Shown here: positions 24,301 through 39,000 of the stretch, piece by piece
How positions within the stretch are numbered: the first letter of the stretch is position 1
How the letters are laid out: every line of letters begins with the position of its first letter
Assembly (NCBI GenBank): GCA_001643675.2
Contig: LSRY02000052.1
Span: forward strand, 372,001-436,000
Direction: 5' to 3'
DNA length: 64,000 nt
Source of the DNA: Monocercomonoides exilis PA203
Lineage: Eukaryota; Protista; Preaxostyla
The notes under the pieces: generated by a model
Told to the model about the DNA's origin: nothing
Database searches by the model: none
The model's input: the letters and a program-made list of their open reading frames with translations, nothing else
Position numbers and translations under genes: made by a program

Positions 24301-27300
24301 AAGAGAAAGAGAAAGAGCAGAACATGAGCGTCTGTGTGAGAGTGACGAGGTTGTTGTGATTGAAAGGAAAGGAGAAGTGATTGAGGTGGATGAGCGCCTG
24401 GTGGAGAAGATGTTTCTGGAGCAGAATCAGCTGCTGCTGAAGCTGGGTCTCCTTCCCCCGCCTCTGCAGATGCTCAACAGCACTCTCGCTCAAGTTTCGC
24501 CCTCTCCACCTTCACTCTCTCTCTCTCAGTCTGCTTCATCCTCAATGGCTGCTCCTTCGGTGCCTGTCTCTATGCCTTTGTCTATCCCTGCCTCTGCTTC
24601 TTCTGCTTCTGCAACTGCACCATTATCAGCTGTGCAATCTTGTAATGCAGGTTCTTCTTCATCTTCTTCATCAAATGCCTCCTCCAATTGCATTCTCCCT
24701 TCAAATGTCATCCCAAATCCTGTTCCTTCTGATACCACTGGCTCTTCTGCATCATCATCATCATCTTCCTCCTCTCTTTCTCTCTCATCCAATGCATCTG
24801 CCTCTTCCCTCCAGTGTGCTGCTAATCCTTCTGCTTATTATCAGGCCCCTCTGCAAACAGCCAATCTGATGGGATCAGGACTGGGTGTTTCTCCTCTCAC
24901 GACGTATCCTCCTTCTCATTCTGCCATGCTCAATGCATCGACATCATCTCCATCGAACCCGCAACAGCAGCAGCAGCAGCAATCACATCAAATGTCTCAC
25001 CTTCCTTCTTCTCAACATTCACTGCCATATCAACCTCCTCTTCAATCATCATCATCATCTTCTTCTTCTTCCACAAATTCTTCTTCCTCTTCCTCTAATT
25101 CTTCATATCCAGCTGATCCAGCTGTCCAACCCTCCAACCTTTCCTCCTCATCCACTTCATCCACACAATACCCTCCTCTCTCTCTTCCTCCGTCGCAGCG
25201 TATCTCCTCTATGCCTTCCATGTCTTCTATCCAATCCATGTCTTCAATCTCTTCAATGTCTTCTATACCTTCTGTGTCATCCATGGCATATGCTGCCCAG
25301 CCTCCTCCTCCTTCTTATCTGCAGCCAATTCAAAGAAATGCTTCTCCTTCGAATGCTCAGCTGCCTTATGGCACCTCACATGGCATCTCCAATGAATATC
25401 TGCAGAGTCAGTCATTGAATCAGGCAATGGCTGCTTATCAAAGACCTCATTGCAATAATAGCAGTAACAGTAATAGTAATAACAGTAATTGCAGTAACAA
25501 TAATCCTAATGCTAATAATACTAACAATAATATTCTTACAAACATTCCATCTTCTCTTTCGAACTCTTCTTCTGTTGTACTTCCGCCATATCCCCCTCAG
25601 CAGATGATGAAGATGCCAAATACACAGCTTCGACAGCAGATGTCTCAACAGCTCAATCAACAGCCTAATCAACAACAGCAGCAGCAACAGCAACAGAGAT
25701 ATGATCAGACACAAATGAATGACAGGATGCTCACTGCAAACACGATGGATGTGAATTCTATGAATTCTACGAACTCTTTAAACACTCAACAGCCTCATCC
25801 ACAACTTCAACAACAGCAGCAGCAGCAACAGCAGATGATGATGATGTCTTCTGTTGAATCCAATCAATTGAACAACCAACAGAATTATGCATCCATCCAT
25901 CTCAGCAATGAACAAGTGAAATATACTCCACTGTCTCAGTCATCTGCTCAGATGGCAGCACAACAAGAGCGCTCTTCAAAGGAAGACCTGTTGCAGCACA
26001 CACCTCATATGGATATGACATCAGAGGATGGGATGATGTCTTCATCGGCTTCATCGTCTGGTTATATGTCACAGAATGAAGGGAGAAGTTATGATTCTAC
26101 TAGTTCATCATCATCATCATCATCAGCTTCTTCATCTGTTGTATGTTCTTGTGGTTCAAACTCTTCTTCCTCTTCCTCTTCTTCTTCATCCTCCACTTCA
26201 TCATCATCATCTTCATCCTCCTCCTCATCCGCACAGATCGGTTCCTGCACTCTCCATCCACCTGTTCATCAGGCTCCTCTTCTCCCTCATCCACCTCGTC
26301 TTCGTCCATATCCTCTGCCAGGCAAAATAGCACTTCAGTCTAATTCCAGTTATTCCTCTTCTTCTTCTTCCTCTTCCACTTTGTGTGATCCTCTTTCTCC
26401 ATTCCATCCATTTGATTCACCTCCACAAAGCATGCTACCGAGAAAGAATTCGATTCAACTGTCTCAACCGCACATGTACGAGCAGATGCAAGAGATGGAC
26501 AAGGAAATAGATCAGATCAATAACAACATCAGCAACAACAGCAGTATAAGTCAATATAGACAGCTTCCACAGAAATCATTGATTTCAAATGATCCATCAA
26601 CATCAACAACAACAGCATCATCATCACTTACTCAATCATCTGCTGTTGCTATTCATCAAAGGCATCTATCTTCGCCCACTCCACCCCATCTGCCTGTCTC
26701 ATGTGGCAAGCAACTTCCACATATATCTCCTGATTCCATGACAAGTACTAATAATATCAACAACAATAATACAAGTAATAATTGCAGTAATAGCAATATT
26801 ACCAGTAACAATATGAGTCAGTTACAATCGCTCTCTAATTCTGAGCTGTACAACATGAGCAAAAAAATGGATGTTCAGATGCCTCCGCCTTCTGTGAATG
26901 CTTCTGTTTATTCAGCTGCATTGGGACAAAATAGAACAATACAGCAGCAGCAACAACAACAGATGCAATTGGCAGGTTCAACAACAACATCATCATCATC
27001 AGTTTCATCTCAACAACCACTTCAGCCACAGCAGCTGTCTAACTCTCTCCCATCCAAAGAGATGCACTCCGAAATGGCTAGAAATCAGATGGTGGATGGA
27101 TTGTCTCTATCGTCATTGGATTATTCTCGACTGGGAATGTTTCCTGCTTCTCGCCCTGTTCTGTCTGTCCCTGCGGGTGTTGGCTATTCATCTTATCCTC
27201 CTGACTTCTCTCATATTCATAATCCTTCATCATCATCTTCCTCTTCCTCTTCCTCTTCTTCTTCTTCTGTAAATTCATCGTTGGGAATGAATGGTTCTCA

Positions 27301-30300
27301 AATGACTTCAAATAGCATGTCTCCACATGCTTCTTCAGCCAATTCTGAGCCTTCATTCTCTTCTATCAGCCCTCGCCATCTCTCTTTCCTTTCTATGGCC
27401 TCATCATCCATGCCTCAATCAATGCATTTTGATAGCTCATCTCCTTCTTCCTCATCTTCCTCATCTTCATCTTCTTCTACCAATTCTAATTCCAGCTCTA
27501 ATTCAAGTCTCTCTATTTCTTCCCAGCAGATAAGCCAACCACTATCATCACATCAGAAACAGCAGAATATTCAACAACAGTCACAGCAACAGTCACAGCC
27601 AATGCTGAATTCACTTGTGTTGCACCCAAACTATCATCCACAGATGTCTCAGATGTCTCAAATGCCACAATTGTCTCAATTGTCCCAGCAGCATATGTCA
27701 TATCCCTCACATCAATACACACAGACACAGCTGGCTGAGATGCAACAGTTCTTCCTGTCACATCAGGTGCAGACACAACAACAACAACAACAGTCTAATC
27801 ACATTCAGAATAGAGAGAACTATCCAATGCAGATGGACAAGTCATTTCCATCTGCCTATCAAAGCCAGTTGTTGCACATTCAACAACAGGCACAGCAGAT
27901 GTCTTCTGTTCAGCGTCCTTCTTCTTCACCTTCTTCTTCTTCTTCTTCGGTTTCTTCTGCCTCTTCTTCTGTTGTTGGTGATTCAAGACAGACAATTCAA
28001 CAAGAAATGAATAGAGACTCCAAATCTGCATTGTATCCCGACTCTTCTCGCACGCACATGCATCCAAACACAACATCTGCCGCTAATTCCAATGCTGCCT
28101 CATTCAACTCACAGCAGCCGTTTCCTCTTTCTCTGCTTCCGCAACAGGATGTTATTCTCCAACCACAAAACATACAGACTCACAATATGTCATCATCAGA
28201 TATGTCGCTTTCATTCAATGGAATGCCCTCGTCACGCTCATCACTGGCTGATCCAATGGCGAATGAACGAATGTCTCTTTCGTATCAGCAGACAATTTCT
28301 CGACTGCTGGGACAGCCAAGAGAAGGCATGGGATATTCCTCTGATAAACAGCAGGTGTATCAGAACGATGTGACGAATGCAATGGAGAGTGGAGAAGGAG
28401 AAGGAGAAGGAGAAAGAGAAGCAGAAACAGAGGAAGAGAGGCAGAAGCAGCAGAAGATGATGGAAGAGGTGGCTGGGCAGGTGAGTGCAGAGTATTTGGG
28501 TGAGGAATCAGCTGTTTCGCATTCAAATGACATGAAAATTGATTCAAGCACTCGAAATGCTAATGATGATGTTGATACGAAGAAGCAGAAGCGCAAAGAG
28601 AGAAAAGAAAAGAAGGAGAAAGAGAGGAAAGAGAAAGAAGAGAGAGGCAGAGGAACAAAGGAAGAGAATGGAGGAGAATCACTTGCACATTCAAAGGCAT
28701 TTTCTCTTTCTCTGTCTGCTTCTTCTTCATCCTCTTCTTCAAATGACGTCCTATCTCAATCAGAATATTCTGTTTCAGTTGAACAAGCTCTTCTATATTC
28801 ATCTAAAGAGAATGACAAACAAGAGCAGAATTCTGTTTCTTTGATGGATGACATCGAAGGCAGTGGAAAAGGCAAAGCACACAAGAGAGTCACAGCCAAT
28901 GAGAACAAGTCAATTGGAGAGAAGCATCCACCAATCATCCATCCGTCATTCAACACAACATCTGAGGCCATCTCACCCACGTGGAATGCATCGTCCTCTG
29001 CTCCTTCTCTTTCTGGCATTGGCAACAGCAGCAGCAATAACAATAACAACAATTGTTCATTATCCACTGCTTCTTTGTCAATGTCTGGCCAGTCTGTTAC
29101 GCCTTATCCCACTCCATCTCCTACGTCTTCTGTAGCCACACTCGCCACACCCACACCAATCCCCACTCATCCACCGCCTCCTCCTCACCCTCATCCTCAT
29201 TATGTGCCTCCATTTGCCTCTCCCTCTGCTCTCTTGGCTGGCTCTATTCCTTCTCCTTCTCCTGTTCCTTTTGCTTCTTCTTCTTCCACTTCCTCGTTGT
29301 CTTCTGCATCTGGTGTTATATTAACTGCATCTTCACCCAATCCAATGCTTATCTCTTCACAAGGAGCAGCTCAAAAGGGAAGGTCGCAAACATCTGCACC
29401 TCAACTTCAACTTTCTTCTTCTTCAAATTCTTCTTCTCAGATTCTGATGGGAATGACAAATGCACAACTAAATCATCAGAAATCAGCACTCAGCCAGAAC
29501 AACATGAAGCATATCGCAGCAGAAGCATTGAAGAAGCAGGAAATGCATGATGGAATGGACAATGCAGAGAGTGAAGAGATAAATGCAACTATTTCAAAGG
29601 AAGAGAACATTCATTTGAATCAACAGCACAAAAATGCAGATGATGAAGAGATGGAAGAGATAAACGAGGGAAATTCAGAAGAGAAAGATGAAGTGGGGCA
29701 GACAGAGAAGGATATGAAGCCGCTTTCAAAGAGACAGAAGAAGAGAGAGAAACTGAGGGAGAAGAGGAAGAAGAAAGAGGATGAAAGAGAAAAGAGAGAG
29801 AAAGAGAAAGAGAAAGAGAAAGAGAAAGAGAAGGAGAAAGAAGAGAAAGACAAGCAATCATTGATGAATGCATCTAATTCAAAGGCAGGAGCAGTTCATT
29901 CGAATGAGAAAGGAGAGAGGGTGAATGCATCAGACAATACAAAGGAGCATTTGGAAGGGAAAAGCACATCTTCAAAGGAAGCAGCTGCTTCTAAGCAGAA
30001 TGCGAATAAAGAACAGAAATCAACACAAAGCAAAGGAAAAGAGGCGAAAGAACAAAAAGAAGGGAAAGGGAAGAAGTCGAATGAAAGTGAAGCAAATAGC
30101 AGAATGAAGAATGGAGAAAAAGAAGGAGCACATCAGCAGCAAGGGAAAGATCATTCATTGCAATCAATTACAAACAATGAAAAAGCAGAAAAGATTGAAA
30201 AATCAACAGAACAAACACGTTCAGAACAAGAAAAAGCCAAAACAAAGCAAAATACACAGCAAATTGCACAACAAGCTCAACAAATGAAGCAAACTCAGCA

Positions 30301-32680
30301 AAAGCCGAAGAAAGTGAAAGTGCGGTCAGTTGCCATTCAGACAGAGCAGTCTGTGTTTAGTGGGGCTCTTCTTGCGAAGCATCTGGGGGCTGTCCCTCCA
30401 TTCACTGCAGCTGCTACACGTGTATCGTCGGTTATATTGCCATCGTCAGCTTTTCCAGCACTGCCTGTGAAAGGAAGAGCGAAGAAGGATGCTCATCATA
30501 CAAGTAATACTGCAACCACTACAGCAGCAGCAGCAACAACAACTTCTTCTTCTTCTTCAAATGCAAACACACAGAATACATTTAGCACTCAACCACCACT
30601 GACAAAGAAGCAGAAGAAAGCAGAACAAGCCAAGCAACAACAACAGCAACAGCATTCTTCACAATCTTCTCATCAGCCAAACCTTCCAGCCCATTCCTCA
30701 CTCAACTTCACGTGTCCTCTGTCTCCCTCCAGTGGCTCTATTCACTCAATCATGTCTGCCACCTCATCTGTCATGAGCACCTCTGCCTCTGCCTCCACCT
30801 CCACCTCCAGCACCTCCAGCTACACTCAGCCATCAGTTGATCTCTCTCGTCCAATCACTTTCTCCTCTGCTGGCACTCAGACTGATCATGTTCCATTCAC
30901 TTCTTCTCATCTGCTTCCTCCTCCCTTTTCGAGTGTGCCTGAGCATCTCCATTTGTCTGCACTGCATCCACAGCCGTCTTCTGTGCTTAGCCCATCTCCT
31001 CTGGCTTCCTCATGCTCTATATCTTCTTCTACACCTTCTGCATCTTCTTCATCTTTATCATCTTCTTCTGCCTCATCCTCTTCATCTGCCCAGCAGAATA
31101 CAATGATCTCAGACATTCAACAGTCTCCTCCTCTTCTGCAGGACCCTCCACAACAACAAGTTTATCACTCATCTACTTCTCCTTCTCAGCAGATGAGCAT
31201 ATCTTCAAGTTCTCCTTCGTCTTCTTCCTCTTCTTCCTCTGCCTCATCATCATCAACATCATCAACAACCATGCCTTCTCTCTTAAGCAATCCACAGCCT
31301 CTTCCATTTGACAGCCAACTGCGCAATTCAAATGAACGATCAGAAGGAGAAGAGCAGTTTTATCACTACGCTGCAAGCAGCATCAGAACACAGCCATCAT
31401 CATCATCATCTTCTTCTTCTTCTTCTTCAACACCATCATCAACATATACTCAGAGTGCAGGAGAAATGCAAATGGTGTATGTGTCAAGGGGAATGAGTCG
31501 GACTTCTCCTTATCCTTCGATATCTCCTCAGTCACAGATGATGGAGTCATTTGCTGCTTCTGAAACATATTCTGCTCCATCATCTTCTTCTTCTTCTGCA
31601 ACTGCTTCTAATTCATCATCCATTGGTTCATCATCATCATCATCTTCTTCTTCTTCTTCTTCTTCTTTATCTTCTCAATCAATCCAGAGAAGAGGCATAT
31701 CCATTTCTGATAAGGGACCTCTTCTGCCTTTGCCTGCATATCTCTCTCAGGCAATGCACACATCTCAACCGACTGTTCCATTGCATCTGTCTCCTAAGCC
31801 ATCTCATTCATCATCTTCCTCTTCCTCCTCTTCCTCTTCCTCTTCTTCTGCTCAATCTTCCTCTTCAAAATCAGTCTCAGGTTCTTCTTCTTCCTCCTCT
31901 TCTTCTTCTAATTCATCATCATCTTCTTCTCCATCTCCTTCTTCAGTCATGTCTCGACAGACTTCTCTTTCTCATCTCTCCAACAGCGCTCTTTCTCCTC
32001 CTTCAAGTGAAAAAGCTCTTCTTCCGCTTCCTCTCCCTTCAATGAGGAACATATCGATGAATATGAAGGGACCTTCCGCACACCAATCGAGACAGCCGTT
32101 CATACGCTCTTCATTCTGCCAGCAAAATACAGGCGCTTCTAATTCATGTGGAAGCAATATATCTTCTTCTACTTCTTCTTCTTCATCTTCTTCCTCCTCT
32201 TCTTCATCGTCTTCTTCTCAATCATCTTCTCAGCAAATGTCATTTCCTGTGCAATCTTCATACACACAAAATGCATCCATGTCAAATTCTAACTCTTCAT
32301 CTGGCACATCATCGTCTTCTTCTTCTTCTTCTAATTCTTCTTCTTCAAATACATCGAATTCTTCATCAAGAAGAGAAAAGGAAGGAACTAAGCGTATTGT
32401 TACATCCACTCCACCTCCTTCCTCTGCCCCTCTCTTGCCAACCCCTCCTTCCTCTTACTCTTCCATCACATCTCCAACACCCAGACAGCATTTGTCTTCT
32501 TCTTCTTCCTCCTCTTCCTCTTCTTCTAATTCCTCCTCCTCCTCCTCAAATTCTTCTTCTTCTTCTTCATCTTCTTCCATTCATTCACAATCTCCCTCAC
32601 CTGCCCCTCTCCTCTCCACCACCCCTCTCCTCAGCACTCGTCTGAATCGCTCTAATCACAGATCCTCACGCAAAGCATAA
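21356..32680 (+). CDS. Pho80/Pcl (cyclin P/U)-family cyclin with ~3,500-aa Ser/Gln/Asn/Pro-rich tail; 3 exons, ~3,730 aa
   Basis: Exons 21356-21558, 21636-21761 and 21811-32680 join in frame. The cyclin box reads SIKEYIQKLMKSMMCSPLCFIFSMIYLDRL...HRAILVSTVIAIKYLDDRYFYNTYYANLGGLTVSEFNRLEVDFLSRLRFHLFV. Confidence 0.85.
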
Positions 32681-33436
32681 GAAGGATGACATGAAAATGA
32701 TTCTGTTATGAAGCATTTCGCATTTTCACAAAACATTTCCTTCTGTGATTTATTTTATTGTTAAAATTTAATATCATTATTATTAATAGTTATAAAAGTA
32801 GGCATTAACTTTGATTTAACCTTCACTTTTTTTGTTATAAACCTATTAAGTTGTTGACTTCATTGGGGAATGTTTTTTATCTATGTCTGTTTATTTTAAA
32901 TCAACTTACTGTGTTTTCCTTTCATGATTTGCTTTTCTTGTGCCAATATTTGAATAATCTGATAAGCTTCTTCTTTTTTTTTAAAAAAATTGGATTTTTT
33001 GTTTAAACATTGTTTAAAGTCTTCGGGATTGCTCTCATTTTATTTTAATTTTCCGAATCTTGTTTTGCTGAGAAGAAGTTGTCTCCATTTAATTCTTTAT
33101 GTTTTCAGTCGTTTGCAAAATCATCACAAAAACAGAAAAGAAGCAAGAGCAGAAAATAGAAGGTTTTTGTTTTCGTTGGGTCATTTTCATTCGATAAAAA
33201 GTATTTATTCTTTTAAAACCAATATTCAAAGAAGAATGGAAAAAAAGTATCTTCTCTTGAATTCGTTCAGACGAAAATAGAGTCCATGGATAAAATCTGT
33301 CAATTTATTGTTGTTGTGAATTATTAAATTGCACATTCAATTGAATTCAAAGCAATCTCATTCAGTGATTAATTCTGGAGAATATGTTATGACTTTTCTT
33401 ATTATGGTCATCAGATCTCAAAATAACATAAAATAT

Positions 33437-35643
33437 ATGAATAATCAACTTTCAAATCAGATCGAACAATCTCGCACAAAAGAAGGCGATCAGGAATCAG
33501 ATGCAATAGCAAGTTTGGTGCTATTTAAATGATACAATCTCAGAAATTTTTATTTTTAAAACATTTGTTATTTTTTTTATTATTCAATCAAAAATGAATA
33601 GACTTGCAAGTTGCAATTTCTTTTTTAAAATCTCGTGTCGATGCAATGGAAAAGCGTTTTTCTGAACGTCAGGAGCAGATTCAATCCCTTTCTCTTCTTC
33701 TTCCGCTTGCAAGAGTTTCATACACTTTTTCTGAACTTATCCAAGTTACTTCGGTTGTTAGACTTCACAAAAAGGCAGTTCTATGCATCAAGGCAATGAG
33801 CGAAGTTCAGACGCCAATTCCACTTGGCACACCACTGAGTAAATCATTATTCAATGTGAAAGTCACTTCTCACGATCTAGCCTTTTCAGGAAGAGAAATT
33901 ATTAGCACACAAGAAGTGCCATTTCGTTACCTTACCCAGCGAGAAGCCGAAGCAGAAGGGTTGGATGTTCATTCACCACCTCTTTCAGAAGCTCATTTCA
34001 TCATTACTTTTATTCTTGACAAACCCGTCACATATAAAATTGGAGTTTATAGACCTTTAAACAGCATGACAACGCAAAGGCAGGAGCTTCAAATAAAGTC
34101 TCATGTTGCCCAAACTGGCTCATCTACGTTTGGAGAAGCACCTTTACCAACTATAAAGCATCAAAAAGATGAAGTATTTGCTTCACCATCTCCTGGTCAT
34201 CGTCCAATTTCTTCATATCCAGCAACATCACCTCAAGCTTCTGTTTTTTCTTCATTCTCCACTCCTCCTGCTTCGATGCTTAAAGCTCAGACAGAAGGAG
34301 ATTTCGCAGTCCCAAGCACAGGATCCACTTCATATGCCATTCCTGACCGTGTTTCATCTTCTTCTCCTTTTTCAGTTACATCTCCAACAATCTCTGCACA
34401 AAACTATTTAATGGCTCCATCCCATAGTAGCTCTGCGTACCCTGTATCAAGCTCTCCCATGGTATCATCCATGATGTCATCATCGTTCAAGCATGCACCC
34501 TTCTTGTCTGTTCCAACACCTTCTCCTCCTTCTTTCCAGCAAATTCCTTCTCATGTTCCCCTATCCATCTCACCAATGCCAACTTCCGTGTTGGGCTCAA
34601 CCACACCTCCGCTCCTTCCTCCGCTTCAGTCAGCTTCTCCTTATTCTTCGATCTCTGGCACTGCAAGTGGAAATGAAGCTACCATCGACATTCTTGGAAG
34701 AACACCTGCTCCTTCTTATATGTCTGGCACACCATTTGTGACTACTCTCTCATCATCACTAGTCCAATCAGGACAACTGGGATCTGCAGCTTCTTCTATT
34801 TCTTCATCTGGAATGTATGCTTCATCGCTGCAAACCACTTCGGGTGGTCGAGGAAGGCATCTGACAACGTTGCACATCCCAACCTCGCCTATCTTCATTC
34901 GCTATGCATTCGCCTTCAACGAGAAGAAGAGTGCGGCTGGATTGGCTGTGAGTGATCACGGGCTGTGTCTGAGTTATGAGCGTGATGCAGTGGGGCGTCG
35001 AATGGGTGTGACTGACGAAGTGATGGAAGGATCTTCATTCTTCTGGAGAATGCGGATTAAGCATCTGGCGCCATCTACTCCGATGCTTCTGGGGATTGTT
35101 GATGAGTCGCTGTGGATGCCTGGGCAGACGCTGACTTCGCTCAAAGGCGCTGTTGTTGTGGATGTGCAGGATCTGTCGGTGTTTGTGAATGGAGAGCAGC
35201 AGAGGATATTTGCGAGACAAGAGAAATACCAACTGAAAGAAGGCAGCTGCATTGACTTCTATTTGGACTGCAAAGACGAAAAACTCTACATTTCTTTGGA
35301 TGAGATGCCGGCAAAGGAGATCAAAGAGATTACTCCGTTCCCTCAGAAATGGATAGCAGCAGCGGAGTTGTATTGCCACGGCGATGCTGTTCAGCTTGAA
35401 TTCCCTTATCCACGAATTGTCATTGACCATTCTGATGATGAAGATCAGGAAGAGCGAATCTGGAGAGAGCAGGCAGAGCTTGTGTACATGCAGAATCTGC
35501 CCATATCTACACCAGAGCCTTCATGGACACCAGACAAGCAGTTTGAAGGAACACCGAAGAAGATTGAGACACCAAAAAATGAAGACGACGAGACAGAAGA
35601 CGATGACGACGACAACCCACAGCCGGTACACATCAGTCGGTAA
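33437..35643 (+). CDS. Hypothetical protein with N-terminal coiled coil, Ser/Pro-rich linker and C-terminal SPRY/B30.2-like domain; 5' end uncertain
   Basis: Main exon 33602-35643, with a GT-AG intron at 33513-33601 joining an upstream exon in frame. The C-terminal 'FFWRMRI...MLLGIV...LKEGSCIDFYLDCKDEKLYISLD...WIAAAELYCHGDAVQL' follows the SPRY pattern. Confidence 0.6.
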
Positions 35644-36080
35644 TGTCAGCTCGTTCATTGAGTTGAATCGGGAAATTGTCATCTATTCCTATTTTATGCT
35701 TACAAATTTTGCTTTGAAAAAAAGCATTTCGGTTGTACATTTGGATGCTTAACCATTTCTTTGGCATTCAAATGTATTTTTTATTGTTTCTCCACTGATA
35801 GTTTGCTTTTTTTACAAAAAGACTTATTTCCCGTTTCAGCTTTTTCATCTCATTGTTTTTTGAAATTCTATCTTCTTCATTTTTTTATTCTTTTTTTTCT
35901 GATAAAGAAAAAAAATATTAACACCTTCAAAAACTAATGATTAACCAAAAATCAAATAAAAAACTGATTAATTATTTTTTTGGAAACCCAAAAGAAAATT
36001 ATTAGATAAGTTACTTTCAGGTATTTTTTCAGTTTTGAAATCACTGTCGAATATTTGTTTTCAATAAAAAGTTAGTAATT

Positions 36081-39000
36081 ATGACTGATGAGCAGAAAGC
36101 TGATAATGAATCTGTAGATGTGTTGCATGAACGAATTGCAAAGCTTGAAAAGGATCTTAAAAAATTAGATATACAGAATGATAGAATTCTACAAGACAAA
36201 GTTTTGCATTACTATTGTGTTGCTTTGTTTTTTGTAGTTATTTGTTATTTTTCAATTGTTTCAGGTTGATGTTAGTACTTTCCTTCAGCAAAAACTTAAA
36301 GAAGCTCAAGAGACTATTCAACAACTTCAAAAACAAATAGAAGAAAAAGATAGAATTGCTAAAGCAACTCCAAATATTGAAAAGGCAGTGTACAACGCGC
36401 GATTGCTAGAGCTTCAAGAGGAGATTAAAGGAAAGGATGAAACATTAAGACAGCAAGCTCAAAAATTGAGAAAGCTCGATTCAGTTGTTGAAGAAAATTC
36501 TTTACTAAGCAGTGAGGTTGAAAGAGTTCGCGAAGAGCATACCAAGGCGCAGAAGGATTTTGAAGCGACCATTGAAGCATTGAAATTAACACATATGGAG
36601 AAAGAGCATCAAATGCAAGATGAAATGAAAGCAGAATTGCGGGAAATTCAGATGAATGCAATGCAAAATGCTAAAAAGAAGCTAAATCAAGTTTCTCGTG
36701 AATTGATTAACGATAATGCTTCGCTTAAGGAATCATTAATTCAAACAAAAGCAAAGTGCAGAGAATTAACAGACGAGAATACTGAGCTAAAAGAACAGTT
36801 GGAAAAGATAAAGAGAACAGTTTGCTCTAATTTGATGATAATCTTTTGTTTGTTTAATGTTTGGTACTTTTATATCACAGGTTTCTTTGCAAACGCATCA
36901 AAGTGAGCTTTATGCCGAAGTCAAACAGAAAAATTCTGAAGATATCAAAAAGTTAAACGCAAAAGTTGGCGAACTTCAAGACGAACTGAAGAAAGAAAAA
37001 GAAACTTTCAATAGAGACAGGCGTGCACTTGCACACAGAGCAGGTACTGATTGAATTGTTTCCGAATGCAAGTTTATTAAGAAATTATTTATTTGGCATT
37101 AAAGAATTGGAAGTTGAGATTGCACGAAGCGAAGCTGATACTTTAAGGCATCTTTTGAATTTAAGAATTGAAGAAGAAAACAAAATAAAAGTCTGCTTTA
37201 TCTCTCATTTTTTTGCTAAAGGAAGTGAATGCTTTTGATCTCAATTTATGTGAAAACAGCTTTTAGCTCAGACAATCCTGAATGAAAGAAGTGATGTTGA
37301 GCAGTTTCTTATTGAGGCTCTTCAAACAGTTAGGGCGCAAATCAGAGCATCTGAAGAAGAGAAGCAGAGACAAGAAGAGCAGTCTTTAAGAGAGAGGGCA
37401 TCGGTTTGATTATAAGAACAAATATTAGCATTTTCTTAAAAACATGTTGTTATACTCCATTTTATATTTCATATTATTGAAACAGAAATTATTTTCTTTT
37501 CATGCATCTCAAAGGACTTCACCTCGTTCCAGTGCAAATGACCAAGACTACACTCAAATAGAGATGTCATATCCTTCTTCTGTTTCAGTTTTGTCTGATG
37601 CTTCTTCGCCAAACGTCAAAACTCCCAGTGGCCGAAGCGATGACACACGGAAAAGACAAGATTCAGAGAGAAGAGGCGGAACTGATCCATCAATCTTGTC
37701 GCAGTTTCTGACTTGGCACAAAATGGAGAAAGAAGAAAGAAAAGCAGCAAGAGGCACATCTGACACGAAAGGAAGCGCTTTCAAGTCAAGTCCAAAGCAG
37801 ATTGGTCAAAAAATCAAGAAAATGGAAAATGAAATTAGAAAGGGAAATGATAAAAAAATGGCAGATGCTGTTTCAACCGAATTGAATGTGACTTCAGCAA
37901 ATGATGCACCAACAGAGACTGACAATGTTAATACAGAGCAGTTTGAGAAGGAAGACGAAGAAGTTCGTATGAGGAGAGAAGAGGCAAAGCGGAACAAAAG
38001 AAAGAAAGGAGGGATGAGCGTTGGAAGCAGAGCAGCCGACGGGCTGATGGATTCGTGGAAAGAGGCTGAAGACGAAGAGGGGTTTGAAGGCACAGCTGCT
38101 GAGTCTTCAAAACAGGCTATGTCTGAACGAGCAGATGAGGCTGAACGCAATTATGTTCCAACATCATCGAAAGACGAAGAACACGATGCAGATTTGATAG
38201 AAGAGCAGAGAAACGAGGCAGGGGAAGGAATTACATCGTTTTCTGGTGAGAAAGCAGAGGGAGCAATGCAATCTGCCCAATCCAATGCAATCACTCCTTC
38301 GAAAGGCAAAGACACTTCTGCACGAACTTCCTCTCGCAAATCGCGCTCTTCGTCGTCAGCTGCACATGTGTCTCCTTCTCTCTATTCTCCGCCGCCACAA
38401 CCTCGTTTCCCTTACAAAAAAGGCGCACCTGGTTTGTCTTCACATTTGCTTTTTCATCTCAAAAATGAAAAAATTTCTGTGTTAAATATTCTTTGATATT
38501 TTTATGAAAATCATTTTTTTCAATTTAAATGATGATTTTTTTCTTTTTAAATTTTCCTTCTTGTCATCTTCCCCTTCCAATATGTGCATAGGCCGAGGAT
38601 CAGGGCCAGGTCCGCTGCCGATTGGGATCCAGTTTGAAGTGCACCAGACGCAGCACGAGCAGCAGGTGAAGGCGAAGCTGAGTCAGATCCAAGCAGCAGA
38701 AGAGGCGAGGCGCGGAGAGTCTTCGCTTTTGTCGATTGGGAAAGAGAGGGGGCCTCCTCCGCCAAACAGCAGCCTTCTTCCTTCGAGCACTGACCTCCAG
38801 AGGAGCTTCTTGTCTCAGAGAAAGGGCGTTTCAGATAGAGAAGGTAGCGATGAATTTGACTGATTCCAAAATTATTTTAATAGAAATGCTCGTTTTGAAG
38901 AAGAAATTTATTGAAAGAAATGAAATATTCTGAATGTTCTTTAATGTGATTTATATTTCGAATTTTTTTTCTTTTCTTTTCCTTTTGCTAAATTTCACAA

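Noticed and set aside
22092-32645. Many alternative-frame and antisense ORFs rich in Leu/His or Glu/Asp/Lys
   Set aside because: They are shadows of the TCT/TCA/TCC poly-Ser codon runs of the cyclin gene. The same applies to ORFs nested in the other long genes.
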